A stretch of DNA of 64,000 nt from Candidatus Levybacteria bacterium CG2_30_37_29 (GTDB lineage: Bacteria > Patescibacteriota > Microgenomatia > Levybacterales > GWA1-39-11). The notes below the pieces were generated by a model that ran no database searches, was not told where the DNA came from, and saw only the letters and a program-made list of their open reading frames with translations. The translations under genes and the position numbers were made by a program. Positions 19,559-29,941 of this stretch are shown in pieces. The stretch is from positions 2,657 through 66,656 of the forward strand of contig MNYS01000008.1 in assembly GCA_001873215.1 (NCBI GenBank), written 5' to 3'. Within the stretch, counting starts at the first letter, position 1. Every line of letters starts with the position of its first letter.

Positions 19559-20746
19559 TTAATCTACAAAAGTAAGAGCAGTACCTTTTTTATTTGCGCG
19601 TCCAGTTCTTCCAATTCTATGAATATAGTCATCATATGAAGCCGGCATGTCATAATTTATCACGTGGCTTACGTCTTCAATGTCAAGACCCCGTGAAGCA
19701 ACATCTGTTGCCAAAAGTATAGATATTTCATTATTTTTAAATTGATCAAGCGTCCTTTGTCTTTGTCCTTGGCTTTTGTTTCCATGTATTGCGCCTGCCT
19801 TAAAACCTCTTTTTATCAGCTCGTCTGAAAGCTTTTGTATTCCCCATTTTGTTCTGCCGAATACCAAAACTTTGTCAAAATTTTTCTGTATCAAAAGATT
19901 ATGCAGCTGGTCAATTTTTTTATTCTTATGTATAACTTGAACAATATCCTGATCAACATTTTCCGCAGTATCCTGCCGTTTTACGGAAACAGTGACGGGA
20001 TTTGAAACAAAACTTTGTAGAATTTCTTTAACTTTTCCGGAAATTGTTGCGGAGAAAAATAAAGACTGCCGTATGCGAGGCAGAAGAGAGATGAAATATT
20101 TTATATCGTTAATAAATCCTATATCTACCATTCTGTCTGCTTCATCCAGCACAACATTGTTGAATTGTGAAAGCGCCAAAACACGAGTTTTGACAAGATC
20201 TTTTATCCTACCCGGTGTCCCTATTACAAATTGAGGATTACGGAAAAGTTCGCTACGCTGTCTTCCCATCCCGGATCCGCCAATACAAAGCGCCGCATAA
20301 AGAGGCATTCCTTTTGCAAAAAGACGAAATTCGTCGTGAATTTGAACTGCAAGCTCACGAGTCGGCGTCACAATAAGAACTTTTTGATTTCGATTTTTAT
20401 AAAGTTTATCAATAAGAGGAATTAAAAATGCGGCTGTTTTTCCGGTGCCGGTATTTGCAATACCTATAACATCCCGTCCTTGACAAATCGGTATAATTGC
20501 TTCATCTTGAATTGGGGTTGGAACAGTATATTCCTTTTCTTCGATATTTCTTAAAAGCTGGTCTGAAATCGGAAAATCTCTGAATCTGTGACGTGGAGAA
20601 AAATCTTGGGAAAAAGAAGAATTGTTGGTTTTTTTTGCTATTTTTGTTGCACGAACTGCCGCGACAAATTCACTTTTGTTTTGCATAAAGCGTGAATCAT
20701 TTCGCTTAAATTGTTTTCTTTGCTGTCTGTATTTTGGTCTTATCAT
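19559..20746 (-). CDS. DEAD-box ATP-dependent RNA helicase
   Basis: Motifs GTGKTAAF (I), VLDEADRM (II), SAT (III) and HRIGRTGR (VI). Confidence 0.85.
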   Translation of the reverse strand: MIRPKYRQQRKQFKRNDSRFMQNKSEFVAAVRATKIAKKTNNSSFSQDFSPRHRFRDFPISDQLLRNIEEKEYTVPTPIQDEAIIPICQGRDVIGIANTGTGKTAAFLIPLIDKLYKNRNQKVLIVTPTRELAVQIHDEFRLFAKGMPLYAALCIGGSGMGRQRSELFRNPQFVIGTPGRIKDLVKTRVLALSQFNNVVLDEADRMVDIGFINDIKYFISLLPRIRQSLFFSATISGKVKEILQSFVSNPVTVSVKRQDTAENVDQDIVQVIHKNKKIDQLHNLLIQKNFDKVLVFGRTKWGIQKLSDELIKRGFKAGAIHGNKSQGQRQRTLDQFKNNEISILLATDVASRGLDIEDVSHVINYDMPASYDDYIHRIGRTGRANKKGTALTFVD

Positions 20747-20950
20747 AAATTTGTGTGAAATTGATAAAAGGAAACTGCTTAAAAAATTTGTGAGTAGGGG
20801 AGAAGATACGTATTACAAGTCTTATGCGAAGATATCTTTACCTTTATCTAATCAAATTATCTTTTGAGCAGATTCTTTCTTTCAATCTGCCAGTACTAAA
20901 GTATAACAGGCAAAACAAGCAAAGTCAAGAAAACTATAAGCTATTAAATT

Positions 20951-21382
20951 TTAGTTTTGGGATTCCTTTTCTAGAAGGGCTCTGTGTTCTGCTATAAACA
21001 ATCTTGTTGATACTGTCAAATGCAATTTTTCAAGCTCCTTAAGTGTGAAAAACTGAAGAATTTGACCATTTGATCGGTTTATATTATTAACATTTTCGTC
21101 TGTCAACTTAGCATGATAGAAATATTTTCTGATGTCATTAAATAGAGGACTTGCTATAAATTCAATTGTTCTGAGTCTTACGCTTGTTTCTCTTTCTACA
21201 GAACTTGAGATAGATTCTTCAAAAGTTTTATTTTTTTCTTTTGAACCGCTTATAAAACACCAAATATTCTGTTGAGCGAGTGTTTTTTTGTCTTGTTGTG
21301 CGGGGGTATAATTTTGGAGCTTCAAAAGAACTTTACCTTTATAAGTTAGAAGAATAAGACTTATATCAATTTTATTGAGCAC
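20951..21382 (-). CDS. hypothetical protein with a degenerate Nudix-like box
   Basis: SGSKEKNKTFEESISSSVERETSV partly matches GX5EX7REUXEEXGU. Confidence 0.3.
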   Translation of the reverse strand: MLNKIDISLILLTYKGKVLLKLQNYTPAQQDKKTLAQQNIWCFISGSKEKNKTFEESISSSVERETSVRLRTIEFIASPLFNDIRKYFYHAKLTDENVNNINRSNGQILQFFTLKELEKLHLTVSTRLFIAEHRALLEKESQN

Positions 21383-21499
21383 ATTTATATTATAGCACTA
21401 TTTGTAACAAATAGTATGTTGAAAAAATACAACGAACCTTGAAAACCATCGGCGTTCCTTGAAGAGGAGAACTGTTTTTGGTATCATTATCAAGCTTAT

Positions 21500-21570
21500 T
21501 GCCGGATCGTCTAACGGTAGGACAACGGACTTTGGATCCGTTTACCATGGTTCGAATCCATGTCCGGCAG
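21500..21570 (+). tRNA. tRNA-Gln(TTG)
   Basis: UGCCGGA acceptor, anticodon loop CUUUGGA, CAUGGUUCGAAUCCAUG T-arm, discriminator G. Confidence 0.8.
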
Positions 21571-21594
21571 CAAAACCATTATTATTATTCATGT

Positions 21595-21960
21595 ATAAAA
21601 TTCGGGGGGGTTAGAATTGGAAACCAGCGAGGGAAAAAACTTGGGTTTCCTACCGCAAACACAAACCTTTACAAAAATATTCCAGAAGGAATATACATAT
21701 CAAAAACAAAAATAAACAATAAGATTTACCCGTCTCTCGCTTTTATCGGCCGTTCTATAACTTTTAATGAAACAGAGTTTAAAGCGGAAACGCATCTGCT
21801 TTCTTATAAAAAAAGCCTATACAACACTTGGATAAGTATTGATCTTGTAAAAAAACTTCGAGAAAATAAAAGGTTTGATTCTGCAGAAGACTTAATTAAG
21901 CAGATGGAAAAGGATAAAAAAGACGCACAGGAATATTTTAAAAAAAAGAAAGATGTTTAG
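21595..21960 (+). CDS. riboflavin kinase domain protein (possible ribF remnant)
   Basis: GxxLGFPTANT motif. The frame is open from inside the tRNA, with no in-frame ATG/GTG/TTG between the tRNA end and the domain. Confidence 0.5.
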   Translation: MKFGGVRIGNQRGKKLGFPTANTNLYKNIPEGIYISKTKINNKIYPSLAFIGRSITFNETEFKAETHLLSYKKSLYNTWISIDLVKKLRENKRFDSAEDLIKQMEKDKKDAQEYFKKKKDV

Positions 21961-22124
21961 CGGTTATAATAAAACTTACAAGGTGAGGAGAGTTGATCAG
22001 TTCAAAACATCATTCAGGGATGTTGTGAGTTATTTTATACAGAAAGGAAGACAACCGTTCTCTATCTAGCCAACCAGGACAATAATTTGACTATTCAAAT
22101 AACCTACAATATAATTCAACAAGC

Positions 22125-23135
22125 ATGCTGCAAAAATTGTTACATGATAATATTTTAGTTACTGGTGGCGCAGGTTTTATTGGGTCGCATCTTGTTGATA
22201 AACTTATTGATAAAAATCATAAAGTAATTGTAATCGATGACCTTTCGAGTGGATATAAAAGAAACGTTAATCGCAAAGCTAGATTGATTAAATGTGATTT
22301 ACGAGAATATAAATGTGTTGATAGCATAATTAGAAGAACAAAACCCAAAATTATATTTCATTTAGCGGCAAATGCTGCTGAAAATAAGGCTCAATTTTCT
22401 CCTATAGACATTACTACAAGAAATTATAATTCTTTTTTAAACGTATTAGTTGCCGGTTTAAAAAATAGCATGAAGAGAATAGTAATTACATCAAGTATTG
22501 CCGTTTATGGATCAAAACAAATACCTTTCAGCGAAAATGATAAACCCGAACCAGAAGATTTATACGGCTTAAGTAAATTAGAGATGGAAGAGACTCTTAA
22601 AATCTTATCGAAAGTGCATAAATTTGAGTACGTAATTACTAGACCTCACAATGTTTATGGACCAAGACAAAACATGAAAGACCCTTATAGAAACGTCGTT
22701 GTTCTATTTATGAATGCAGTTCTTAAAGGAGAACCATATTATATATATGGCAACGGAGGCCAAAGACGGTGCTTTTCATATATTTCTGACGTTGTAGAAG
22801 CAATATATAAATGTGGTTTTTTAAATGTTTCTGGAAAAATATTCAACATAGGGTCAGATAAGAGTTATAATATTAATGAACTTTCGAAAGAAATTCAAAG
22901 AATTACAAACGTAAAGATTAAACCAAAACACCTTCCATTAAGACCACAGGAAATATTGTTAGCAATATCAGATCACACGCTTTCTAAAAAATATCTTAAA
23001 TATAAAGATCAAACTAGTCTTTCTGTGGGGATAAAAAAGACGTGGGAATATGCAAAAAAAATTGGATACCAGAAACCAGTATTTGGTGGTATTGAATTAG
23101 ATAGCCCTTTATTGCCGAAGAATTGGAAGAATTAA
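22125..23135 (+). CDS. NAD-dependent epimerase/dehydratase (SDR family, UDP-sugar epimerase-like)
   Basis: N-terminal VTGGAGFIGSHL Rossmann motif and a YxxxK region. Confidence 0.7.
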   Translation: MLQKLLHDNILVTGGAGFIGSHLVDKLIDKNHKVIVIDDLSSGYKRNVNRKARLIKCDLREYKCVDSIIRRTKPKIIFHLAANAAENKAQFSPIDITTRNYNSFLNVLVAGLKNSMKRIVITSSIAVYGSKQIPFSENDKPEPEDLYGLSKLEMEETLKILSKVHKFEYVITRPHNVYGPRQNMKDPYRNVVVLFMNAVLKGEPYYIYGNGGQRRCFSYISDVVEAIYKCGFLNVSGKIFNIGSDKSYNINELSKEIQRITNVKIKPKHLPLRPQEILLAISDHTLSKKYLKYKDQTSLSVGIKKTWEYAKKIGYQKPVFGGIELDSPLLPKNWKN

Positions 23136-23140
23136 TACAT

Positions 23141-23737
23141 ATGAAAACAAATTTTAAAGAAAAGGATTATCTCAAAAAAGATAAATCAATGCACTGGAAA
23201 ACTTTAAAATCCCAAATACAAATTACTTCACCTTGGTATAAGATAAAAAAAGATTCTGTTGAATTACCAAATGGAGTAATAATTAATGATTACTATGTAG
23301 GTCAATTGCTTGATGTATCAATTTTATTTGCGATAACAGAAAAAAATGAGGTTGTATTAGTAAAGCAGTACAGACATGGAACTAAAGATATACAACTAGA
23401 ACTACCAGCAGGAACTTTTAAGAGAGGTAAAGAAAATCCATCGTCCGCCGCAAAAAGAGAGTTATTGGAAGAAACAGGGTTTAGAGCAAATAAGCTTATA
23501 AAGCTGGGAGTTATAGAAGAATATCCAACAAAGAATAGTCATTTAGTTCATATGTTTCTTGCGCCCAAAGTAAAATTTACAGGAAAACAACACAACGACA
23601 TTACTGAGGAAATAAAGACTTATCTATTGCCAATAAATGAAGTAATTACTCTTGCAATAAATAACAGAATTATGGTTGGATCATCTATTACAACAATTTT
23701 ATTGGCTGCATTATCTTTGGGTATAATCAAGAACTAA
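23141..23737 (+). CDS. NUDIX hydrolase (ADP-ribose pyrophosphatase-like)
   Basis: Nudix box GTFKRGKENPSSAAKRELLEETGF. Confidence 0.7.
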   Translation: MKTNFKEKDYLKKDKSMHWKTLKSQIQITSPWYKIKKDSVELPNGVIINDYYVGQLLDVSILFAITEKNEVVLVKQYRHGTKDIQLELPAGTFKRGKENPSSAAKRELLEETGFRANKLIKLGVIEEYPTKNSHLVHMFLAPKVKFTGKQHNDITEEIKTYLLPINEVITLAINNRIMVGSSITTILLAALSLGIIKN

Positions 23738-23764
23738 TAATATTTTGCCATCTAACTTTATAGA

Positions 23765-24328
23765 ATGGATCAAGTATTGGTATTATTACTTTTTAAGGGA
23801 TATCCGGCTACGGGGAAGTCTTATTTGGCTAAAAAATTAGGTAATCACTTGAATATTCCCGTCATTGTTAGGGATAAATTTAAAACAATTCTCGTTAAAA
23901 AAGGTTTTTCTTTAAAGGAAATAGGTTATAGAAGCTATGACATAATGTGGAAATACACCATGTTGTATCTGGGCAACAACAAATCTTGCATTTGCGATAC
24001 AAGCTTAATTCAACCTCACGGTTTATCTAGAATAGAATATATTAAAAAACATACACAAGCAAAGATTATTATCATAGAATGCTATTGTAGTGACAAAAAA
24101 ATACACAAAAAACGACTAATTTCTCGTAAAAAGATTCCTTATTATTATGGAATTAAAACTAACGAGCAATTTAAGATTTTTGTAAAGGAAAATAAGAAAT
24201 GGGATAATTTTTTATTTCCATACTGCACAATTAGAGTAGATACCTGTAAGAAATTAAATATTAAGGATTTTTCCTTATTTATAAAAGACATAATTTTATT
24301 AGATGGTAGCAATTTATACTATTATTAA
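23765..24328 (+). CDS. P-loop kinase (AAA_33/zeta-toxin-like fold)
   Basis: Walker A GYPATGKS. Confidence 0.5.
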   Translation: MDQVLVLLLFKGYPATGKSYLAKKLGNHLNIPVIVRDKFKTILVKKGFSLKEIGYRSYDIMWKYTMLYLGNNKSCICDTSLIQPHGLSRIEYIKKHTQAKIIIIECYCSDKKIHKKRLISRKKIPYYYGIKTNEQFKIFVKENKKWDNFLFPYCTIRVDTCKKLNIKDFSLFIKDIILLDGSNLYYY

Positions 24329-24358
24329 TAGAATAATTATAATTAAGTATTGTTAGAC

Positions 24359-25774
24359 ATGAACGAATTACCGACATCACATTTTTCTGAATTGCAAAGT
24401 CAATTAAGACAACTGAGAAAAAATTATAGCATTCCTACCTTTGAGATTTCACCGATGATGAAAAGATCGGACAACCCTTCTATATTCAAAGAGGGCGAAA
24501 TATTTAGCGGATTACTTACTACAAAGAATGCCATGGCTTGCGTCACACTAGTCGCTTCATCTCATACTCCCCCCACTGTTTCTACGGATCAATTTTTATC
24601 TATAGCAAGCGATGTATTTGCAATCAACAGTTCTTTACCAATAGATACCGACATATCCATTTTAGCTCCTCAGGTTATTGTCTGGTGGGGCAAGAATGAT
24701 ACATCAGAGATAGATAGTGATTTTTCTAAATTATATAATTTAGACTCTTTAAATCGTCAAGAATTCATTAGATTAATTTCAGATGAAACAATCTTAGCAG
24801 TAAAACTAATAAAAAAAATTAAACAATCAGCTACAATATGGGGTTCATGGGGAAATGGATCCGATAATGAAAGAGTTTTTACCGGTAGAAGTAGAGGAGG
24901 TCCGACTAATAAAATAGGGCATACTCATGTAACGCATTTTGATGAGGCCAGAAAAATTTCTATTCCTAGACTCCAACAAACAGATGCCAAGGATGCAGTA
25001 AATTTTTACTCTCCTTGGGTAACACTTGTGATGGAAAAGTTTGGTGGGGATTTCTCTAATTTTATCAATCAATCTGTTAAAAACGATACTATTGATATTC
25101 CAGAATTTACAATAGAACAGACAAATATGGATTTAAGTACATCGGGCCATCATGATTTTCATAATGGATTTGAAATAACCTTCTCAAGCCCTGCAAAGTA
25201 TGCAAAGGTGGTGGATATGCTTATTTCAATAGGAGGAAAATCAGAAATTTTATATAAAGATTTATTGTTGTTATATGAAGAATTTTATAAGGATTTATTT
25301 ATGAAAAAATCTACAGATGAAACGTATAATCATGGTTATTTAAAATTGAAATCATACGGTTTTTCTCAAAGAACGGCAGAAAAAATGTTAGGATTTTTAT
25401 TTTCAATTAGACCTACCAATATTCAGATTTCAAATTGGATAGAACAAATGAGTAAGTATAAAAATGTAGACGTAAATTTACTTCTAAATATAGCAAACAG
25501 ATACGCTCACGTGTCAAAAAGAATAAGAAAAAATAAATCTTATAACACGACAGTGAATAGTTTAGTATATGATACTTATCGAGATAAAGAGGAAATTGAA
25601 AATATTAAAACAACTTGGCCTGAACACGCAAGCTACTGGTATCTTATTAATGATTATAAATTATCAGGCGACGAAATACTAGTTAATACTCTTAAACTTT
25701 TTCCTCTAATAGGGACTAGTGTCACTGGGCCAGAAAGAATATTGGGAGGAATAATTAAACGACCCCTAAAATGA
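24359..25774 (+). CDS. hypothetical 471-aa protein
   Basis: Long intact ORF, no recognised family. His cluster GHTHVTHF. Confidence 0.4.
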   Translation: MNELPTSHFSELQSQLRQLRKNYSIPTFEISPMMKRSDNPSIFKEGEIFSGLLTTKNAMACVTLVASSHTPPTVSTDQFLSIASDVFAINSSLPIDTDISILAPQVIVWWGKNDTSEIDSDFSKLYNLDSLNRQEFIRLISDETILAVKLIKKIKQSATIWGSWGNGSDNERVFTGRSRGGPTNKIGHTHVTHFDEARKISIPRLQQTDAKDAVNFYSPWVTLVMEKFGGDFSNFINQSVKNDTIDIPEFTIEQTNMDLSTSGHHDFHNGFEITFSSPAKYAKVVDMLISIGGKSEILYKDLLLLYEEFYKDLFMKKSTDETYNHGYLKLKSYGFSQRTAEKMLGFLFSIRPTNIQISNWIEQMSKYKNVDVNLLLNIANRYAHVSKRIRKNKSYNTTVNSLVYDTYRDKEEIENIKTTWPEHASYWYLINDYKLSGDEILVNTLKLFPLIGTSVTGPERILGGIIKRPLK

Positions 25775-26514
25775 GGACGCTTGTATTTTTTAACTTAGAA
25801 AATTTATTTATTGCCTCGTCTGAATTACGTTATAGTCCTACTCCTTTTTTAAGAAGACAAATAAATAAAATATGGAAGGTTTACCTGCTAAAAGCAAAAA
25901 AAAACAATCGTCCAATATGGAATGGTAAAGTTTATCGGTTAGAAAATATAACTAAAAACCGAAATGCGGTTTATTTGAAATTAGGATTTATTGATTATAA
26001 AACTTATCTTTCTTCCTTTGATTTAAAAAATGTTTTTAATAAATATCCTTTTCAAGAAAGACCTAATGGCTTATACGTTGCATCTCATATTATTACGAAG
26101 GATGGAAAATTTATTATTGGACAAACCGCAGACAATTCACTTTTTAAACATAACTTCGATTTGATAAGTGGTAGCTTAAACTATTATAATAAGAAAAAAA
26201 TTAAAACAGCAGAAGACATAAAATTATTTTGGCAAAGCGAGCTAATGGAAGAAGCATCCATACCCGCTGAATTGATAGAAAAAATAGAAGGAATATGCAT
26301 TACTGTTACGAGCTCTGGAAGAATAGGATTTTTTTTTCAAACAAAACTTAAAATTACTGCTATAGATTTCAAAAAGACGGCAAAAATAAATTTTGAACAC
26401 AAAAAGCTTTTGTTATTAAATAAAGAAGAATTATTACTTTTAATAAATAATAAGAAATTCTTTGTCAATCCAGCCGTAAAATATACGTATAAATTTATTG
26501 AAAATAAATTGTAA
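25771..26514 (+). CDS. hypothetical 247-aa protein
   Basis: Intact ORF overlapping the upstream stop by 4 nt (likely translational coupling). Confidence 0.35.
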   Translation: MRTLVFFNLENLFIASSELRYSPTPFLRRQINKIWKVYLLKAKKNNRPIWNGKVYRLENITKNRNAVYLKLGFIDYKTYLSSFDLKNVFNKYPFQERPNGLYVASHIITKDGKFIIGQTADNSLFKHNFDLISGSLNYYNKKKIKTAEDIKLFWQSELMEEASIPAELIEKIEGICITVTSSGRIGFFFQTKLKITAIDFKKTAKINFEHKKLLLLNKEELLLLINNKKFFVNPAVKYTYKFIENKL

Positions 26515-26575
26515 CAACATATTCATGGTGTGTATTTTACTCAACCAACGATAGTACTATTTTACAATCTATAAA

Positions 26576-27694
26576 CTAACTGTCAGCTCCTACTGCATCG
26601 GCGATATTTTTGAAGCCGTCTATTGCAAGAAGCTTTACCAGGCCTGAATTTATTTCATGAATTAACTGCGGACCTTCAAAAATCATACCGGTAATTAATT
26701 GGACTAAGGATGCGCCTTTTTTTATTTTTACATAGGCGTCTTGGGCGCTAAAAACCCCGCCGCACCCAATAATTGCGAATCTCTTTTTATAATTCTTGTG
26801 TGCAAATTTTATCAGCTCATTTGAGCGTTCAAAAGTAGGCTTTCCGCTAAAATTTCCAATTCTAAACTTTATTACCTCACTTTTTATTAAAGACGGATGA
26901 GAACGGTCTTTTTGTAAATTACCAAAAATGACTCCTTTGGAAGAATGCTTTGCAATCACATCAAGCATAATTTTTATCACCCGAGTGCTGTTTGATATTG
27001 GCATTTTGACAAAAAACGGCTTTTTAAGCCTTAGCTTGTCAATTTCAGACAGTAAATCTTCCAAAGTCTTTTTTTGTGTAAAAAGTAACATTTCCAAAAA
27101 GATTTGGGCAACTGATGTTGAGTTCATAATAACTATTTTTTACGCGAGCTTTTTCAAAAATCTTAAGAGCGCAAATTATGTCTTCAACGCTTTGTTTTTG
27201 ATTTAATTTTGCACTATTTGTTCTACCAATGCTTATTCCTATAGGAATTTCAAAATTTAATTATCCTAATGTTTGTGCAGTTTCTTCTGCCCCGAAATTT
27301 CTAAATCCCTTATTACCATCAGCGATTTTGATTTTGGTAGTCTGCCCAATTGCGGTCTCGGATTTCCTTCATAAGCCATGTTGGTAATTGTTCCAACTGT
27401 TTGAAAACCAAATCCTACACTTAGTGTGATTTGGGTAAGACGCGTTTCATAATCAAACCCTGCGGCAAGACCAATAGGATTGGGGAAATTTATCCCGGAC
27501 AATTCTTGATGCAAAACCGAGTTAGTTATTTTAAATTGCGATGAAATAATTTTTCTTAATCTTTTATTCTGTCCTAATTTCTCCCCAAAAGCAGTTGCTC
27601 CAATGTGAACTTTTTGGGGATCGGTTCTAAAGAAAACAGGATTTAGAATTCCACTATAAGTTTTTTTTGTAATTGTCGGTATTAATCTTCGCAC
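26576..27694 (-). pseudogene. pyrD: dihydroorotate dehydrogenase (pyrD) disrupted by frameshift
   Basis: The N-terminal piece (27266-27694) has FPNPIGLAAGFD. The C-terminal piece (26576-27127) has IIGCGGV…GASLVQ. The two are colinear but in different frames, with a 138-nt gap. Confidence 0.6.
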
Positions 27695-27805
27695 GATTAG
27701 AAATTATGCGCCAAATGATCATTAAACGCAATTAATCACAAGTAAATATCCAGCCAAAACATTCTTCTGTTTACATTTCAGCTTTGTAAATTTATACTGT
27801 TGCAT

Positions 27806-28876
27806 ATGGGACTTTTACGTTTACTATTCGCGCTCACCATAGTAATCTTTCACACGGGAGATATTTTCGGGTACAGGATATTTAACAGCAGACTTGCAAT
27901 TCTTTCTTTTTTCGTCATTTCAGGCTTTTATATGGCTTTTATTTTGGATAGAAAATATTTTAAAAAGAAGCATTCATTCAAGTTATTTATTGTAAACAGA
28001 TTTCTTAAAATTTACCCTATTTATTGGGTTTCACTCTTAATCATTGTCCTTTTTGGGGTTGTAAAATATTTATTTAACGCTGGTGGTCAAGATAATTTCA
28101 TTTCTCATTTTTTTCAGTATTCAACACACATAAATGGATTGGCAATGCTTTTATATTCTGTTAATTTTATTACAAGAAATATTACGCTTGTTGTAAATTC
28201 TGACTATTTTTTCAAGCCTGATATGACACCGGGATATTTACTTGTTCAGCAAGCTTGGACTCTACAAATAGAATTATTATTCTACGTTCTTGCACCATTT
28301 CTTATGTTTTTTTCAAAAAAACATTTTTTATTGCTTTGCTCTTTATATTTAGTACTTGCCCATATCGTTTTAGCAAATTTTATAAGCAAAAACCAAATCT
28401 TTCTTAGCGCGCAATTTGTTTACTACTTGGTTTTTTTCTTAATGGGCATGTCTTCATATAGATTTTTATTTGGTTTTTTAGAAAAGAACAAAGCAAAACA
28501 ACAAATTTTTAAAACAATATTTGGGGCAGCCGTTATCATTATTCTGATTTATAATTACACACCATTATCAATGCTTTCCGTAACACCGGTTTTTGAGCTA
28601 GTTTTCTCCTTTATTTTTGCGTTATTTGTACCTATTATTTTCTCAGTAACAAAAAATTTTAAATTTGATAGGTTTTTGGGCGAATTGTCTTATCCTCTTT
28701 ATATAATTCATTTTATTATTGTAAAGATGTTTGTGAATTTTACGCTTGTTGATACAAATTTAAAAAAGCTTATGATAGTAACTATATCGCTTGTTATATC
28801 GTACAGTCTTTATAAATTTATTGAATTTCCCATAGACAAATTCCGCCAAAAAAGGGTAGCATCTTCATCGGAATGA
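27806..28876 (+). CDS. acyltransferase-3 family membrane O-acyltransferase
   Basis: 10-11 TM segments with N-terminal FHTGDIFG-type motifs of the Acyl_transf_3 family. Confidence 0.65.
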   Translation: MGLLRLLFALTIVIFHTGDIFGYRIFNSRLAILSFFVISGFYMAFILDRKYFKKKHSFKLFIVNRFLKIYPIYWVSLLIIVLFGVVKYLFNAGGQDNFISHFFQYSTHINGLAMLLYSVNFITRNITLVVNSDYFFKPDMTPGYLLVQQAWTLQIELLFYVLAPFLMFFSKKHFLLLCSLYLVLAHIVLANFISKNQIFLSAQFVYYLVFFLMGMSSYRFLFGFLEKNKAKQQIFKTIFGAAVIIILIYNYTPLSMLSVTPVFELVFSFIFALFVPIIFSVTKNFKFDRFLGELSYPLYIIHFIIVKMFVNFTLVDTNLKKLMIVTISLVISYSLYKFIEFPIDKFRQKRVASSSE

Positions 28877-28921
28877 ACACGGCTTTACTTTTTCTTCCCT
28901 ATTTTATATGCTAAAGATGAA

Positions 28922-29593
28922 ATGCTAACCAATGTCCGCGAACGTTTTTTGCAAATTCGCATAAGACGAGACGAAAAAGAAATTAAAATTGGATTTTTCA
29001 TAACAGGCATAATAATAATTATTCTTTTGGCCAACGTTGTCTATCTCAATTTTTTTCTTTTAAAAAATAAAGGTGTTGCAAATACGAATATTTCACCTAG
29101 AAAAAGTTCTGTTGATACTATTATTCCATCTCCAACACAAATTCAAGCTCAAAATCAAACTTTAAGTCCTACGCCTATTCCTCCAACCATTGCCATACAA
29201 AATACTTATCGAACAACGACATCAAATACAATAAAAGATTATTTTATTCCCCTAGGCTCGGGGACAAATCAATCAAGCGACTGGGTGGATGTCCCGGGAG
29301 CACAAGTCGCTATTGATTTAGGTCAATATCAAAATGTTAAAGAAGTTCATTTTGAGGCGTCTGTCACTATGCCCACCTCAAACGGATCTGTTTATGTACG
29401 GCTTTTTAACGTTACGGATAAACATCCTGTATGGAATTCCGACGTTAGCGGAGTAGGGAATTCAATATATACTCTTACTTCGCCGGCTATTATTTATGAT
29501 AAGAGCGCAAAAGTGTATCAAGTACAAATGAAAACGCAAATGCAGGTTGCGGCAAATCTTACTCAATCAAGAATCCATGTCACCCTTGAGTAA
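28922..29593 (+). CDS. hypothetical membrane-anchored secreted protein
   Basis: TM anchor, Thr/Pro-rich linker, beta-rich C-terminal domain. Confidence 0.35.
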   Translation: MLTNVRERFLQIRIRRDEKEIKIGFFITGIIIIILLANVVYLNFFLLKNKGVANTNISPRKSSVDTIIPSPTQIQAQNQTLSPTPIPPTIAIQNTYRTTTSNTIKDYFIPLGSGTNQSSDWVDVPGAQVAIDLGQYQNVKEVHFEASVTMPTSNGSVYVRLFNVTDKHPVWNSDVSGVGNSIYTLTSPAIIYDKSAKVYQVQMKTQMQVAANLTQSRIHVTLE

Positions 29594-29623
29594 CAATAAA
29601 CATTTTGAGCGGGAGACGGGAAT

Positions 29624-29655
29624 CGCTCAATTTCTACGAAATTGCGCGCTTTTTT
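29624..29655 (+). terminator. Rho-independent terminator
   Basis: CGCTCAATTTC-tac-GAAATTGCGCG stem followed by CTTTTTT, 30 nt after the stop at 29593. Confidence 0.55.
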
Positions 29656-29679
29656 CCAACAAAAAGAGCGAACCCGCTA

Positions 29680-29697
29680 CCTGCCTGCCGGCAGGCA
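29680..29697. repeat. GC-rich palindrome CCTGCCTGCCGGCAGGCA (copy 2 of 5)
   Basis: Located 27 nt downstream of the tRNA-Gly 3' end, minus-strand sense, before an AGCGGGUUCGCU hairpin with a U-run. Confidence 0.8.
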
Positions 29698-29724
29698 TCT
29701 TCCTTGACCTGCCCGCTAATACTG

Positions 29725-29796
<72 letters not shown>

Positions 29797-29941
29797 ATAA
29801 GCTCTGCAGGCGGGCAAGGAAGCATTCTTAGGCGCACAGTGAAACGAGCACCGCAAGCTCTTGCTTACCGGTGAATTACTCCCGCTGAAAAAACTTGTTT
29901 TTTCAGCACCAGGTTCTCGCAGTGCTCGAAACTGGCGCAGT

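Noticed and set aside
29797-29941. SRP (4.5S) RNA
   Set aside because: Only a partial GGAAGCA match. The conserved domain IV loops are absent.
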